Origin: Vitrella brassicaformis CCMP3155
Lineage: Eukaryota > Protista > Chromerida
Length of the DNA: 64,000 bases
NCBI GenBank assembly: GCA_001179505.1
Contig: CDMY01000494.1
Span: forward strand, 1-64,000
Direction: 5' to 3'
This document shows, in pieces, positions 49,301 to 61,096 of this stretch (the first letter of the stretch is position 1; every line of letters starts with the position of its first letter). The translations under genes were made by a program, and so were the position numbers. Below the pieces are notes generated by a model. The model saw only the letters and a program-made list of their open reading frames with translations, ran no database searches and was not told the origin of the DNA.

Positions 49301-50969
49301 AGCAGCGGCGGCCGCACCACCACCACCACCACCGCCCCCTGCGCCGCCCCAGGGGTCCCCCCACTTCTGTTTGGCTGGGTAGGTCTTGGGCTGCTTCCAC
49401 TCCTTGGTGAACACGGCCATGCGCTTCGCCTCATTCTACACCCACACAGTCCGTGTGCGTGTGATGTCTGAGGTTTGCTGTGGGGGTGTGCTGTGGTGTG
49501 CCTGACGTACGGTGAATTTGAAGGGCTCGGTGCGTTCGAGGTCTGAGGGGTCCTTGACGCCGGTGGCGGAGTTGTCGTAGGGCGTGTCGGGGTCACACAA
49601 GTCCACCAACACATACCTGTGGAGAGGTAGAGGGGTGTGTGTGTGTGTGTGTGCACGTCACAGATCGGCATAGATCGGCATTCATTCATTTGTGTGTGTA
49701 TGTCACTTGAAGTCGCATTTGGTGGCGCCGCTGACGTAGCCGCGGCAGCGGATGGTGCCGCCCTCCTAAATGAAGCCCACACAGACACCACAGACACACG
49801 GACACACAAACAACGGCAGGCAACACAGAATGGGCGGCTTGTTGGTGCGTGGCTGTTGCCTACCTGCATGAGGGCTCTGCAGTCGCATATGGGACACTTG
49901 GGGAGCAGCCCAAACACCACCGCGTCGGCAACGTACAGCGCGGCCTGGGCCGGCTGCACCACACACACACACACACACAGACACACACACAGACACAGAC
50001 ACACAGACACAGACGATTGGCAACGTATCCATGTGTGTGTTTCTTCTCTGTAAGTGAGAACTCACTTTGGTTTTCTTTTCAATGTAGAAGAGGCCATTGG
50101 ACTGCAGCAGCGGCTCGAGGACGTTCATCTTCTTGGCCTGCAGGACCGTTGCGAGCGACCACATCAGCTCGCTGGCCTCCTTGATGGGACGAACACTCGG
50201 ACTAACACGCACACCACACACATATCATTGGATGGATGGATGGATGGATGGATGGAGGGGGCGGTGTGCCCCCCTCCCGGCCTCCTCCCGGCCTCCCGGC
50301 CCTCTCACTCACTGGTTCTCGTCGATGTGTTTGTCGAACCGCTCGGCCACCGACACTGCGTCTGCCCAGCGCACTGCCTGCCAACCTGCACAACACAACA
50401 CACACAACACCACACCAGGACCGATGGCAAATGGACAGACACAGACACAGACACCCGCACACGCCCACAGGCCCGTCAGGTCGGCCTGCATCACCTTTGA
50501 GTGAGTTGATGTCTTTTGCGAGTTTGGGTATGGCGCATTTGGTGTGGTAGAACTTGTCGTCGAACCCGTCGTGGAAGTCGCTGCGCTTCGGGACATTCAG
50601 CCGCAGGGCGCCCTGCTGAATGGCCAAGCCGCACAACTGAAGGAATGAATGGACGAAGGAATGGACGAAGGAAGGGAGCTATGCGGGGTGGTGTTGGGGA
50701 TGATGAGATGCTCTCTGTCCATCCATCCATCTGTGTGCCTGTCTGTCTGTCTGTGTGTCTGTCTGTCTGTGTGTCTGTCTGCGTACCTACCTGGCAGCTC
50801 GCCCGGCCAGTCGGGGCATAGTCCACCTGCAACCACACACACACACACAAAATGCTCCAAGACGTCAGGGAGGGCACTGAGCGTGGCGTCGTGTGTGTGG
50901 CGTCATATATCCATGGCAGCCGTGCTGTGTGCCTACGGTACCCACCTCAGGGTCAGGTTTGTGCGTCAT
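43387..50969 (-). CDS. PARP1: Poly(ADP-ribose) polymerase 1 (ZnF-PADR1-BRCT-WGR-regulatory-catalytic; ~30 exons)
   Basis: MTHKPDPE|VDYAPTGRASCQ|LC...FYHTKC (zinc finger). DAVVFGLLPKCPIC...CRGYVSGATKC (PADR1). MRFSFIG...VEQHGG...THLV (BRCT). NKFYIMQLL...KKWGRTG (WGR). KMPLG|GLSK...NQFYTV|IPH (regulatory). LLWHGSR, GLRIAPPEAP, GYMFDKGVYFAD and LLYNEFIVY show the H-Y-E triad is intact. Confidence 0.95.
45689..45761 (-). other. Self-complementary intron: (AC)n - ACCGGTACCGGT palindrome - (GT)n
   Basis: Intron sequence GTGCGCAGACACCACACACACACATATACCGGTACCGGTATTGTGTATGTGTGTGTGTGTGTGCTGTGTGTAG. Its removal restores MPLG|GLSK of PARP1. Confidence 0.85.
46808..47107. other. Assembly gap (300 N) inside a PARP1 intron
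   Basis: Run of N preceded by ~20 G. Confidence 0.99.
48364..48663. other. Assembly gap (300 N) inside a PARP1 intron
   Basis: Run of N followed by a G-rich tract. Confidence 0.99.
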
Positions 50970-53221
50970 CTGTATGTGTATGCGCGGTCACCCGGCACAG
51001 CACGCCCTCGAGCTCCTCTCAGAAAGCCTCAGCTAGTCACGCGATGCGATTCGTGTCGATGAATGAAAGGACCTCCAGCATCCACCGCTTAGATTTCGGG
51101 CGGCACGTAAACTTTTGTGAGGCCGGAAGTGAAGATGGGATTCAATTCAAGCAAACACGTTGGTTGGTCCTTACTCCCCAGCCCTTCGGCAGGCAGGTAG
51201 GCAACCGACCACGCCACACAGACCACATAGATAACACACACAAGGACACAGCCAGTGCCAGACTGAGTCATCATATGCCACGGAGCTGAGCTGTCAGCCA
51301 CACGAAAACCGGTGGAAGTCTTGCTGGTGTGCCACCGATGTCCATCCATCCATCCATCCATTCATCCAGTCAGCAACGCAGGCAGGACGAAAGCGCCCGG
51401 TGAGTGAGTGAGTGACCGATACACAGACATGCAGACATAGACAGACAGACAGGCAGGCAGGCAGACACTGAATGCGATGACTGAATGATGCAGAGAGATA
51501 GGGAGGGAAAAAGAACCCGAGAAGGGGCCCAGCAGCCATGCCACGGAGAAATAGATAAAGACTTGATATACATAGTCATTCAGAAAGCGATTCGGCCACA
51601 CCACACCATACACACAGATAGATTGCCCCGGTCCGTCATGAGAGCGAGAGCATGACACACACACACACACACACACACACATATGTATCCCTTTCCCCGC
51701 CCGCCATATTGGTACCACACCCCCGTAATCGATACCTACCGTCAGTCAGTCAGCTGTTCTCCCCACCCCAGCGCATCACTCACTCACACCCACACTCACA
51801 CTCACACGCATCCATCCATCCATCCATCAGCATGATGTAACATACATAGCACGGAGAGATACTTACCTATGCATTGCTATGATATCGATCACCGTCAGTC
51901 AGTCACAGTCACGCCGCCACTCATTGCCGGTCTGTCTGTAATGAATGGTAGGGAGGGAGGGTGCCGGTCAGCACCATCTTCCATCCATCCATCCATTTAT
52001 CAAGCTGTACACACACACGCAACACATGACGAGTCGTCCTATTTTCCGCCGGACGGGGGGGGCAGCCACCGGCCACAAATATGACTAATCGCATCTCAGC
52101 CCCAGCCCCAGCCCCCTCGCTCGCTCGCTGCTGCTGCTGTCATCTTTGTGTTTGCTGCCTGCCTGTAAAAACAAACAGCCGTTCGTCATCGGCAGAAAAG
52201 GGCTGGGCTGGGCTGGGCTGCCTGTCTCCTCCTCCCCCATTTGGATAAAGAACCTTTAAGCCATCCATGCATGAAGGCACTCGCTCACGCACTCGCTCTT
52301 GCTGTGTTCAGTAGACAGTTAGTGGTAAGAAGACAGTAATCGATATGTTTATGTGTGGCTTGACAAACAACAAGGGAGCGAAAACAGTTGCCGCACGAAA
52401 AACGGCCTTCTTCCTTCGTTTGTTCGTTCGTTGGTTCGTTCTGGCAGGCAGGCAGACAGGGAGGCAGACAGGCAGGGAAGCAGAGGAAGTGCAGGCTGGC
52501 TCGCGCGCGCACACTCGTCACCATAAAGATCACATCACACCACACGCACCACATACATCCATTCATCCATCCCCCCATCCATCAACACGAGGCGAGTCAT
52601 CATCAGTCGTGTCGTTCTCTCTCCGTCCGTCCGAGAAACTGACAAAAGCCCCCCATATGATGGTCCTTCCAGCCGTCCGTCCATTGAGCTGCATCCGCCA
52701 CAGTGGTAGCCCACTACCGCCAACGCAGCACAGCGCAGAACTGTAGACCAGCCACGCTTTGCGACGGAGGTCGGCGCTGCGCTACCACTTGTTGAGAGAA
52801 TTAGCTCTCTGATGACGCTCCCCCCGTGGATGATGTGAGCGGCCAGACAGACATACACACACGCTTCCATCCATCCATCCATCCATTCGTTCGTTTCTTA
52901 GACAACGACACCACTCTGTCAGCCAAGCCACATGTGTATCAGCCAGCCACCGGATGAGTGAGTGAGAGGGGTTGTTTAATTACAAAAATCGGCACACTCG
53001 AGGCAGCCTGCCCAGCATCGACTATCTGGAGAGCAAGCTGTCTCGATTGGCCTGACGAAATACGATAGATACGTACAGACATACACAGCGCACCACAACA
53101 CACGTACACATAACAACACGCACACACAGGCAGGCAGCCAGCCAGACAGACAGACAGCCACATCAACTACACCCAGATATGCACTCGTCTATATAGCCAC
53201 TCCCCCTCCCCTCCATCTCCC

Positions 53222-55897
53222 TCACTCCATGCCGCCATCCATGCGCTCGTCCCCTGCTTCTGTCTGGAAGCTCACGCGGTGCTGCTCGAACGCCCCACGG
53301 TCGTCGTCGCCCTCACCGTAGCCGATGGCGGGCGCGCCGATGCGGTGGTCGATGGACGGAGGGGAGGTGGGGAGTGTGGGGACGATGGGGCCGATCATGG
53401 TGCCCACGTCGAGCGCCATGTGGTCGTCCTCCTCCTCGTCCCCCACATACTCTGACTTGATGTAGGGCAGCGGCCGGCCGTACGATGAGCCACCAGCCAC
53501 CTTGGTGTGCATGTCCTCTCCTGCACACGTGTGCACACACGCACGGTAGAGGTAATGACGGACAAAGATTTTCTTGCCATTCTCTGCCTTGTGTTTTTTT
53601 TCCCCTTTTCTCACCTGTGTATGGCTGCATCATCTCTTGCTCCGGTGCCAGCTGCTGCTGCTGCAGCTGCAGGGCGGCCTGGACGTGCTGCATCTGCAGG
53701 AACGGCGAGGTGGGCGGCGCGGAGAGCTCCTGCAGGGGTCCATCGGCAGGGGGCGGCAGCACCGACAGCTGCGGCACGTGCTCGTGGTGGTTGACGCCCA
53801 TGACGGGCGGCGTGTCCGCACCGCCGTCGGACGCCATCTCGATGCGTCTCCTCACCATCCGGGGACTGCCCACGGGCGATCGTGAGCCGACGGGGCTCCC
53901 CGGGGGCGCCGACTTGGCGCGCGATATTGGGAAGATCGTCGGGTCGATGGGCAGGTGGCCCATGAGGTCGCTGATGTTGCTGATCCGGGGGAAGGCCGGC
54001 CCGTTGTTGTTGTTGTTGTTGTTGTTGTTGCGGTGGAGGGGGGACGTGGAGGGCGACCCGGGCACGCTTCTCACACCCTGCAGCAACGTGCCCGGGGGCT
54101 GCAGCGTGTTGCCGCGCGTCTGTTGGGGTGAGGGGATGGGTGTCGATGGCGACCATGGTTGCGCGACGGGCGTGCGGGTGTCGCTGGGCGCGCTGGGCGA
54201 GGGCGACGATGAGCCGCCGCTGGTCGACAGCTGGATGATGGGAGGGTGGTGGGGGAGGAGGGAGGCGGGGAGGCTGCTCTGGCAGTACTCCTCTGCCGTC
54301 TGGTAGGAGAACACCATGCCCTCGGGCGCCATGGCCTCGTAGTAGTGGCAGGTGTTCTGCGGGATGCGCACTCGGATCCTCACTGAGCCGGGCGGCTTCT
54401 GCGGCACGACTGTACGGATGAAGGCGAAGCCCTGGTTGACCACGCTGTCGAAGTCGGGGTCGTCGTGGTTGCTGCTGAGCTGCTGCGGGTCGGCCTCGCG
54501 GAGCGTGAAGCGCCGGCCCTGTGCCAGGATGCCGTCACCGAAGTCGATGAGGAACTCGTGATCGTCGACAAACAGATGCCGCAGGAAGTGGGCACCAGCA
54601 CGGTTGAACCTGACACACATGAGGCACCACATGAACGAACCAGCGATAAGCTGTGGGTGTCGCGACGTACCTGAGTTTGATGTATGAGTAGTTGAAGTTG
54701 CTGGATCTGTTGGCCACCATGGCGTTGGGGAAGAACATCTCGACGCGGAAGAAGGGGTCGATCGTCGGGTTGCCCTCCAGCAGCGTATCCACATACACAC
54801 TGTCCTCGTACCGGGCAGCAGGGGGACACTGACCCCCTTCAGCAGCCCCGGCAGCAGCAGCGGCAGCAGCAGCAGCATAGTTGAGCAGCTCCTGTGTGGC
54901 CGACACGTGTGCCTTCTCATACAGACTGTGTGCCTCGGAGGTCACCATCCCGTCGATGACTTCAGTGGGGTCGAGGGATGCGTGGCGGCGCTTTGACCGG
55001 CCGGTGGAGCTCTGGGCTGAGGGGGAGGGAGGGGGTGGGGCGGGGGAGGGGGGCTCGGGCGACCGCTCGTTCTCGGGAATGTTCAGTCTGCGAACCACCT
55101 CCAGCCAGCACCCCCAGGAGTTCTGGTAGTGATTTGTCGCGAACTTCTGCTTCAACACGTGCTTGCCGCACACGCGACACAGCGTCCGCTCGGCGCCACT
55201 GAACGGCCAAGGAGGGAGGGAGGGAGGGAGGGATACAACACAGACAGACAGACAGGCAGGCAGATATTGGCTGGTGTGTGGTCGTGGAGCTGACTCAGTG
55301 TGGTCTCTCTCTTGTCAAGCGGGCCTTACTTGTACTCGAAGTCGAGCCGCACGTCGCCGACGAAGTCATTGCCCCGAGTCACCTTCCGCTCGCGAATCGT
55401 CGTCTGCGGAAACTCCCACACCTGATAGATAGATCAGATCAGGTGACAACCGACACACACACGTCACACCGGCTCCTTCCCTCCCTCCCTCCCTTCCTCC
55501 CTCCCCAATGCGTCTGTGTACCTTTTCGAAGGCCTCGTCGATGAGGACGTGGTCCGAAGCGATGCGCTGGTTGAGTGGACGGCACTGCTTCATGAAGTAT
55601 TCGGGGAGCGACCCCATCTCCTCCAACCGGTACGCACACATCGTGGAGAAGCTTCCTCGCCCACCCGACGGACCCTCCGTCGCTCGGTGGGGTCACGTTG
55701 GCCTCGTGAACGGCTTCCGGTAACCACACAGATCTCCCGTGGTGCTCCAGCGGGATCTCGCACAACGAGGGCGTCCTTTCGGCTATGCCTGTGTGCGGCT
55801 CATAGCGGTGAGGCGTTCCCTGCTCCTGCGCCAGGGATCCCGGATCAGCAACTGCGAGCTTGTCGGCAATTCCGATGCGAGCTTTGACGTTTTTCAT
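53222..55897 (-). CDS. Hypothetical protein, possibly a transcriptional regulator (C2HC-like finger, unknown globular domain, polyA/polyN/polyQ and S/P-rich tail)
   Basis: Phase-consistent exons: TLCRVCGKHVLKQKFATNHYQNSWGC; a beta-rich segment FFRVEMFF...YIKL|RFNRAG...VRIRVRIP; N9 and Q-rich tracts. Start uncertain. Confidence 0.55.
54003..54030 (-). repeat. (AAC)9 coding repeat (poly-Asn)
   Basis: gtt x9 on the + strand, read as N9 in the - strand ORF. Confidence 0.9.
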
Positions 55898-56489
55898 ATA
55901 CCTTGTCTCTGGAATCGCATGTCTTGTCCGGATGCCCCCTTGTATGATCACGAGGAGATCTTTTGTGGAGAAGCGTCCAGCATTGCTTGTGGCTCACTCA
56001 TTGTTTTGTTGTGCCATGTTCAGGGGTGTATGGGAGAACAGTGAGGGCAGTCTGCTCCCGCCTGCCCAAGATCCTCAGAACTACAGGGCAAATGGGCGAG
56101 GTGGGCAGGGCAGGGCAGGGCAGCAGCAATGGTGTGGCGCGACCGACGATGGTTGCTTGTGTGTCTGTTGCTTATCAGGACTCTGTGGCTGCTGGACATT
56201 GGCTCTGGGCGGGCATCCAGGAGTAAGTGCGGTGCACACGCCCACACACTGAGACCGACGGCATCTCTCTACTGTGTGTATGTCGGTATCTGTGTCCAGT
56301 TTTGGTTTGTGTGGCGACCGGCACACGGCATACATCTACATCAAGCCTGACGCGTCGAACACCGACACACACGTGTCATCGAGCGGCGGCGATGAGCAGA
56401 GGTATGTGACCAGATGGATGGATGGAGGACGCAGTCGTGACTAATGAACCACACCGGCCGATGTGTGTATGTGTGTCTCTCTGTGTTGC

Positions 56490-56770
56490 AGTGTTCTCTG
56501 ATTGCGCTGACACGGATGGCGAGAGCAAGCATCGCTGAGCAGATAGCCCGATGCGAGAACATCCTCGAGGTGAGGAAGCATCACTCCTTCATTCATCCCT
56601 CCCTCCCTTTCTCCCCCATCCGATGTGTGGCTGTATCTGTACCTCAGTGCTGGTATTGCGGCCCTCGACCTCGCCGAGCGTATCGCGTTCCCTCCGCTGC
56701 CGCATCAGTGTCACACAAGAAGAAGCGGAAACACGAGGGCGGCTTCAAGCGGTCGATGGATGGGCAGTGA
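56490..56770 (+). CDS. Possible small spliced gene or fragment
   Basis: Exon ...ASIAEQIARCENILE ends at GTGAGG; the next exon reads CWYCGPRP...KKKRK. No homology recognised. Confidence 0.2.
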
Positions 56771-57599
56771 CAAACAGGCATCAAGCGGCGAAGGGTGTAG
56801 TGGGGGGCGCTTGGGATGGTGAGTCGTGTGCTTGGCGGGGCCTTTTGCAAGCAAGTGCGATATGCATCATATGCACGTGGGTAAGTCTAGTAAGCAAGCA
56901 GGTGTGGGTGCTAAGTGGCGCCCGCGTGCGCCGTAGCTTGGCAAGGTGTAGCCGACGTATATCTATGTGTACGTTCGTGGATCCATAGACCTGTCATACT
57001 GTACTCAGTTAGGCAGTCAGGCAGGCAGGCGGGCAGGCAGGGAGACGTGTATTAATGGTGTTTTGCAGATGGATATGGCCATTAACTCTCTTGGCTGGGT
57101 GGGTGGATGGATGGATGGATGTTCCTGCTTGCTGATAATTCATTGGGGCCGGTAATCAAGAGGGGAGAAAGGTCCCTCGAGCCCGGCCGGCAATGAATAG
57201 CTTCATATATCCATTCTGGACTGTACCCATGTCCATGGACCCGAGTCGTGCGCGTCGTGTAGGGGTGTGGGCTCGTCTGCATGACCGTCTATGAGAGAGA
57301 CAGATATGGATCGGTTCCCTTCACACGTTGGACAGGGTCGGTCACGTCAATCAATCACTTACAAGCTCCACCAGCAGCTGTCTCCTCCAACATTCAACAC
57401 AAAATCAGTCGCACATGAGAGAGGAGCTACTCTGCATGCTCGGTTGAAAAAGACTCTCGGATATAAAATGTAGGCACCGATCGATGGCCCCTGACCAACA
57501 AGCACACACACACACATAATCAATCACCACACACGACGCCATGTCTCTCTTTCCTCCGCCCTTGTCGCACTCTCCATCATACCTCGCTTTGTGGGCTGT

Positions 57600-58393
57600 C
57601 GCAGAGAAGCTTGTCTGAGACACAAGCTGAGCAGCATGAACACCAGGTATGACGAGATGCAGGGGCAGAGGCAGCCGGCCCAGCGGATGAAGGCGATAGC
57701 GATGGCCGGCCGGCAGCTCAGTACCGTCGGACATTAAAGGTACCGTCGTTGTTCTGTTGCAGCTGCAGGCTGGTCCCCTGGTAGGTGAGGCGGTGGCCAA
57801 AGGTCTTGTAGATGGCCAAGATCAGGGGCAAGTGATGTAAGGCTGTTGCTGTGGGCAGCGAGTCGGCCGATATCTGCAGGGGCCGCGTGGTCAGCCGATA
57901 GATGAATGCCAGCCGAAGGAACTGACCCATTGCCCGCCATTCCTCGCCAGTGCCTTGATCCAGGAGATAGACGAATCTGAAGCCGCCCTCCACATCGTCA
58001 CCGCAGCACCGTCACCGTCCCCCTGTCGATGACGTCACTCTCCAGCTCGAACCGTGCCAGCAGACACCAACCAACACAGGGTAGCAGACGGCGAGCGGCT
58101 GACCGTTCCTCGGCGGGCAGCCCCTGGAAGAATGCCGGCAGGGGGCGGACGCTGGCCGAGCTGCTGGATGTCAGGTTGTTGTTGGCCTTGTCGGGCAGGT
58201 TGACGGCGCTGCGCTGGGCGCAAGGAGACGGCAGCGTGTTGAAGGGCGTCCGTGGCATAGAACCCTCAGCTTTGTCAGCCGAGGGCGGCTTGTCGTGGGT
58301 GACCGTCTTGTCGGGCGAAATGACGATATTCGGTGAGCCCTGGGAACCTGATCCAGTCAGCACAGAGACATTTACGATATGAGACATAGTCAT
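57600..58393 (-). pseudogene. Degenerate fourth member of the lineage-specific family
   Basis: LLARFELESDVI, then stop (57998-58000), then VYLLDQGTGEEW...FGHRLTYQGTSLQLQQ, then a frameshift/deletion near 57735-57720 before ELPAGHRY. Confidence 0.65.
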
Positions 58394-58507
58394 GGGTGCA
58401 GGTTGAGGGCTGTGTTCACTAGCTCACCGGTATTCTTGGCGAGAGCCGTGGCGGTCGAGGCGACGGAAGAGCAGGACATCGAGGGAGGTGAAGTGCACGA
58501 ACTGCCG

Positions 58508-60928
58508 TCACTGCCGCTCATGGACTGGTTTGCCGAAGATCTGGTCGTTGACGCTGAGCTGAAGGCGACGCAAGCCTCTCAGACGCAGCAGCGATGTCGA
58601 CGTCAGATTGCCCACACTGGCTGCGTCTACATCCTCCGGTACTGCATGCACGAACACATACAGACATATACACACCCAACACGTCACCCAACCATCCCTT
58701 CCCTCACTCACCTGTGATGCTGATGATGAGCAACCCAACCGGCGGCAGATTGTCCGCTTTGTCACCCCACGTGATGCCCTCAGCTCCCACATCCTCCACC
58801 CCCAGATTCGCGTACGTCAATTCGCTCTCGACGCTGGCCTCGAGCACACGTAGGGCCTGGCTGGCCGTCACGCCACGACATATCAAATCGGCGCACTTGA
58901 GTTTGCTGGCCAGCTGGCAGGCGATCCGGCAGCCGAGGCGGCTGGACAGCGTCAGCCTGCATTCAGCCCGAGGGAAGCAATCGGGCAGGGCTGAGATTCC
59001 TGGTCGGCCACGCCGCATCAAATATGTCTCTGAGGACGAGGATTGGGAGGCCCTCAAGAGAAGCCACACACCCACCACGCGTCAAGACGTTCTGAAAGCA
59101 AGCAAACAAGTGTGCAAGTAAAAAGGCACGCGACACGCTGACTGCATTTGGTTTACCTTGAGCGCAACAAATGCACTCCAAATGAGCCCTGGATCCCCCT
59201 CGAGCATCAGAGTGCCGATGCTCGCCAGCCGTGCAAAGGGTTGCCCGTCCTCAACGCCGTCGCCCGACCACTTCGCCGCAAAGGACGTGAAGAGCGCTGC
59301 CTTCTCCTGAGGAGCTGCAAGGCCTGGCAAGTGGGTCGGCGTGCGAGTAGAGTGGCGGAAGAAGTGCATCACGCCTGCCGAAGAACTCTCTGACAGGTAT
59401 CCCGGCGCGAAAGTGAGGGATTCAAGGGATGGCATTCTCGACAGCTGCAGTAGCTTCTGCTTGGAGAATGCAAGTGTTTGGAGCCGTCCTTCAGTCCGCA
59501 GGTTTCTCGGCTCGACAGTGCCACCCGAGACCGTGAGCTCTCTGCTGTCCCTACGCTGAAGAGCCTGAAGAAACAGAGATCAAGAGCGAGCACATCTGCA
59601 GGTCATGTGCATTGTCTATGCGTACCAGTGGCGAGTCTCCGCCCTGTGCTCCGGAACAATCCTTGTCAAAGACACCAGCCAGATGGGAGACGTCCTGCAT
59701 TAATGCCAAGGACACGCAATGATGGACAAGGTGAGTGAGTGGAGCTCGCCATGTCGCCATGGATTCATCGTAAGCGTCTTTTGGTCTGTGTGTGTCTCTG
59801 CATACCTCTGTTTTGGTTTGAAGTCGCCAAATTGTCTGTCTGTCTGTCTCAGTCGGCAGGAGGGAACCCAGGTCCATCACCGTGGGTGAGAGGAGAGAGC
59901 TAATGTTCGGGGCTGACATATATGGTCGGCAGAGGGTGGAGTGGAAGTTCTCAAGAGAAGAGATCAAACATTTCTGCTGGGAGGCTGATTGAGAGGTCCT
60001 CAAGAGATGTCGCACATCCACCACGCGTCAAGACATCCTGTAGAGAAAAAGAAGAAAGGGCATTTTTTGATCACGGGTATATCATGCTCAAATGGGAGGG
60101 AGGCAAGAATCGATACGCTGACTACACTTTGCAACCTACCTTGAGCTCCACCATTGCATTCTCAGTTTCCAAAGGATCGCTCTTGAGATCCAGACTGCCG
60201 ATACTTGCCAGCCGTGCAAATAGCCTTCCATTCTCGCCTCCATCGCCGCGCCAGTTTGCCGCAAACGACTTGAAGAGCGCTGCCTTCTCCTGAGGGGTAT
60301 CCAAGCCAGGCAAGTGGGTCGGTCTGCGAGTAGAGTGCTGGAAGAAACGGATCACGTCCGCGGAACCAACAAAGCCTGACAGATCTTCCGGCACGAGAGT
60401 GAGGGTTTCGAGGGATGGCATCTCGAAGCAGTCAGCAAGACCGATGGCATCAGACGGCAGGTTGACGATGCTGGTGAGAGCGTGAATATGGGGGAGAGGG
60501 CCACGCTGGCCGCCCTCACATGGGAAGTACCCATTGATAGTGGTCAGGCTCCCGTCGGGAAGTAGAGCTGATGAAGCAGGGTCTCGGCCTGACTCCTCCG
60601 CATCACGCCGCTTCGTCTCGATCATCTCCCTGCGCCCCTCAACGTGTCCTTGCAACAGCGAGTTGAGATCGTCGAAGCGCCGCGACCGGCGGTCGCGACG
60701 AACGGTCAGTGTGGTCAGGTTCGTCAGGCGCCTGCCCCACTGCATGGCCTCCCGCTCTGATATCTCAAGTTTGTCTCTGAGGAAGGCCTCCCCCGCGGAG
60801 GTGTCGATGACCACATGGCGGTAGTGCGGGGTCACAGCTGCGACAAGCTCCTCGGGAAGGGCGCGGACGCACCACATGGGAAGGTACGCCAGTACGCCAC
60901 ACAGATGGACGTCCTGCGTTAATCCCAA
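58508..60928 (-). CDS. F-box/LRR-like lineage-specific protein with an internal tandem duplication (possibly a pseudogene)
   Basis: Two ~125-aa units MPSLE(T/S)LT...FF(Q/R)HSTR.PTHLPGL..PQEKAALF.SFAA.W...FARLASIG.L...K|(D/N)VLTRG. Both units need a 3n+1 short intron or a frameshift. Start uncertain. Confidence 0.6.
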
Positions 60929-61096
60929 GGATCACACAAAAAAGTTGGAAGCTGGCCGTCTCGTCGAGAATTCTCTTATCGTGCGAGCTTGGAAGAAGAA
61001 GTTACTGAGGACTGGAAGGGGCTGATAGCGTAAGATATAGCGTCAGCGATGGCATTCCGTGTGACTGCTGTGCGTTCGTGGCAGGTTTGACTCATA

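Noticed and set aside
51000-53200. 2.2-kb stretch between PARP1 and the next gene examined for a hidden gene or structured ncRNA
   Set aside because: Only simple repeats (CA, GGAT, CCCAG, GGGCT, GGCA). I found no phase-consistent exon chain or recognisable RNA fold.
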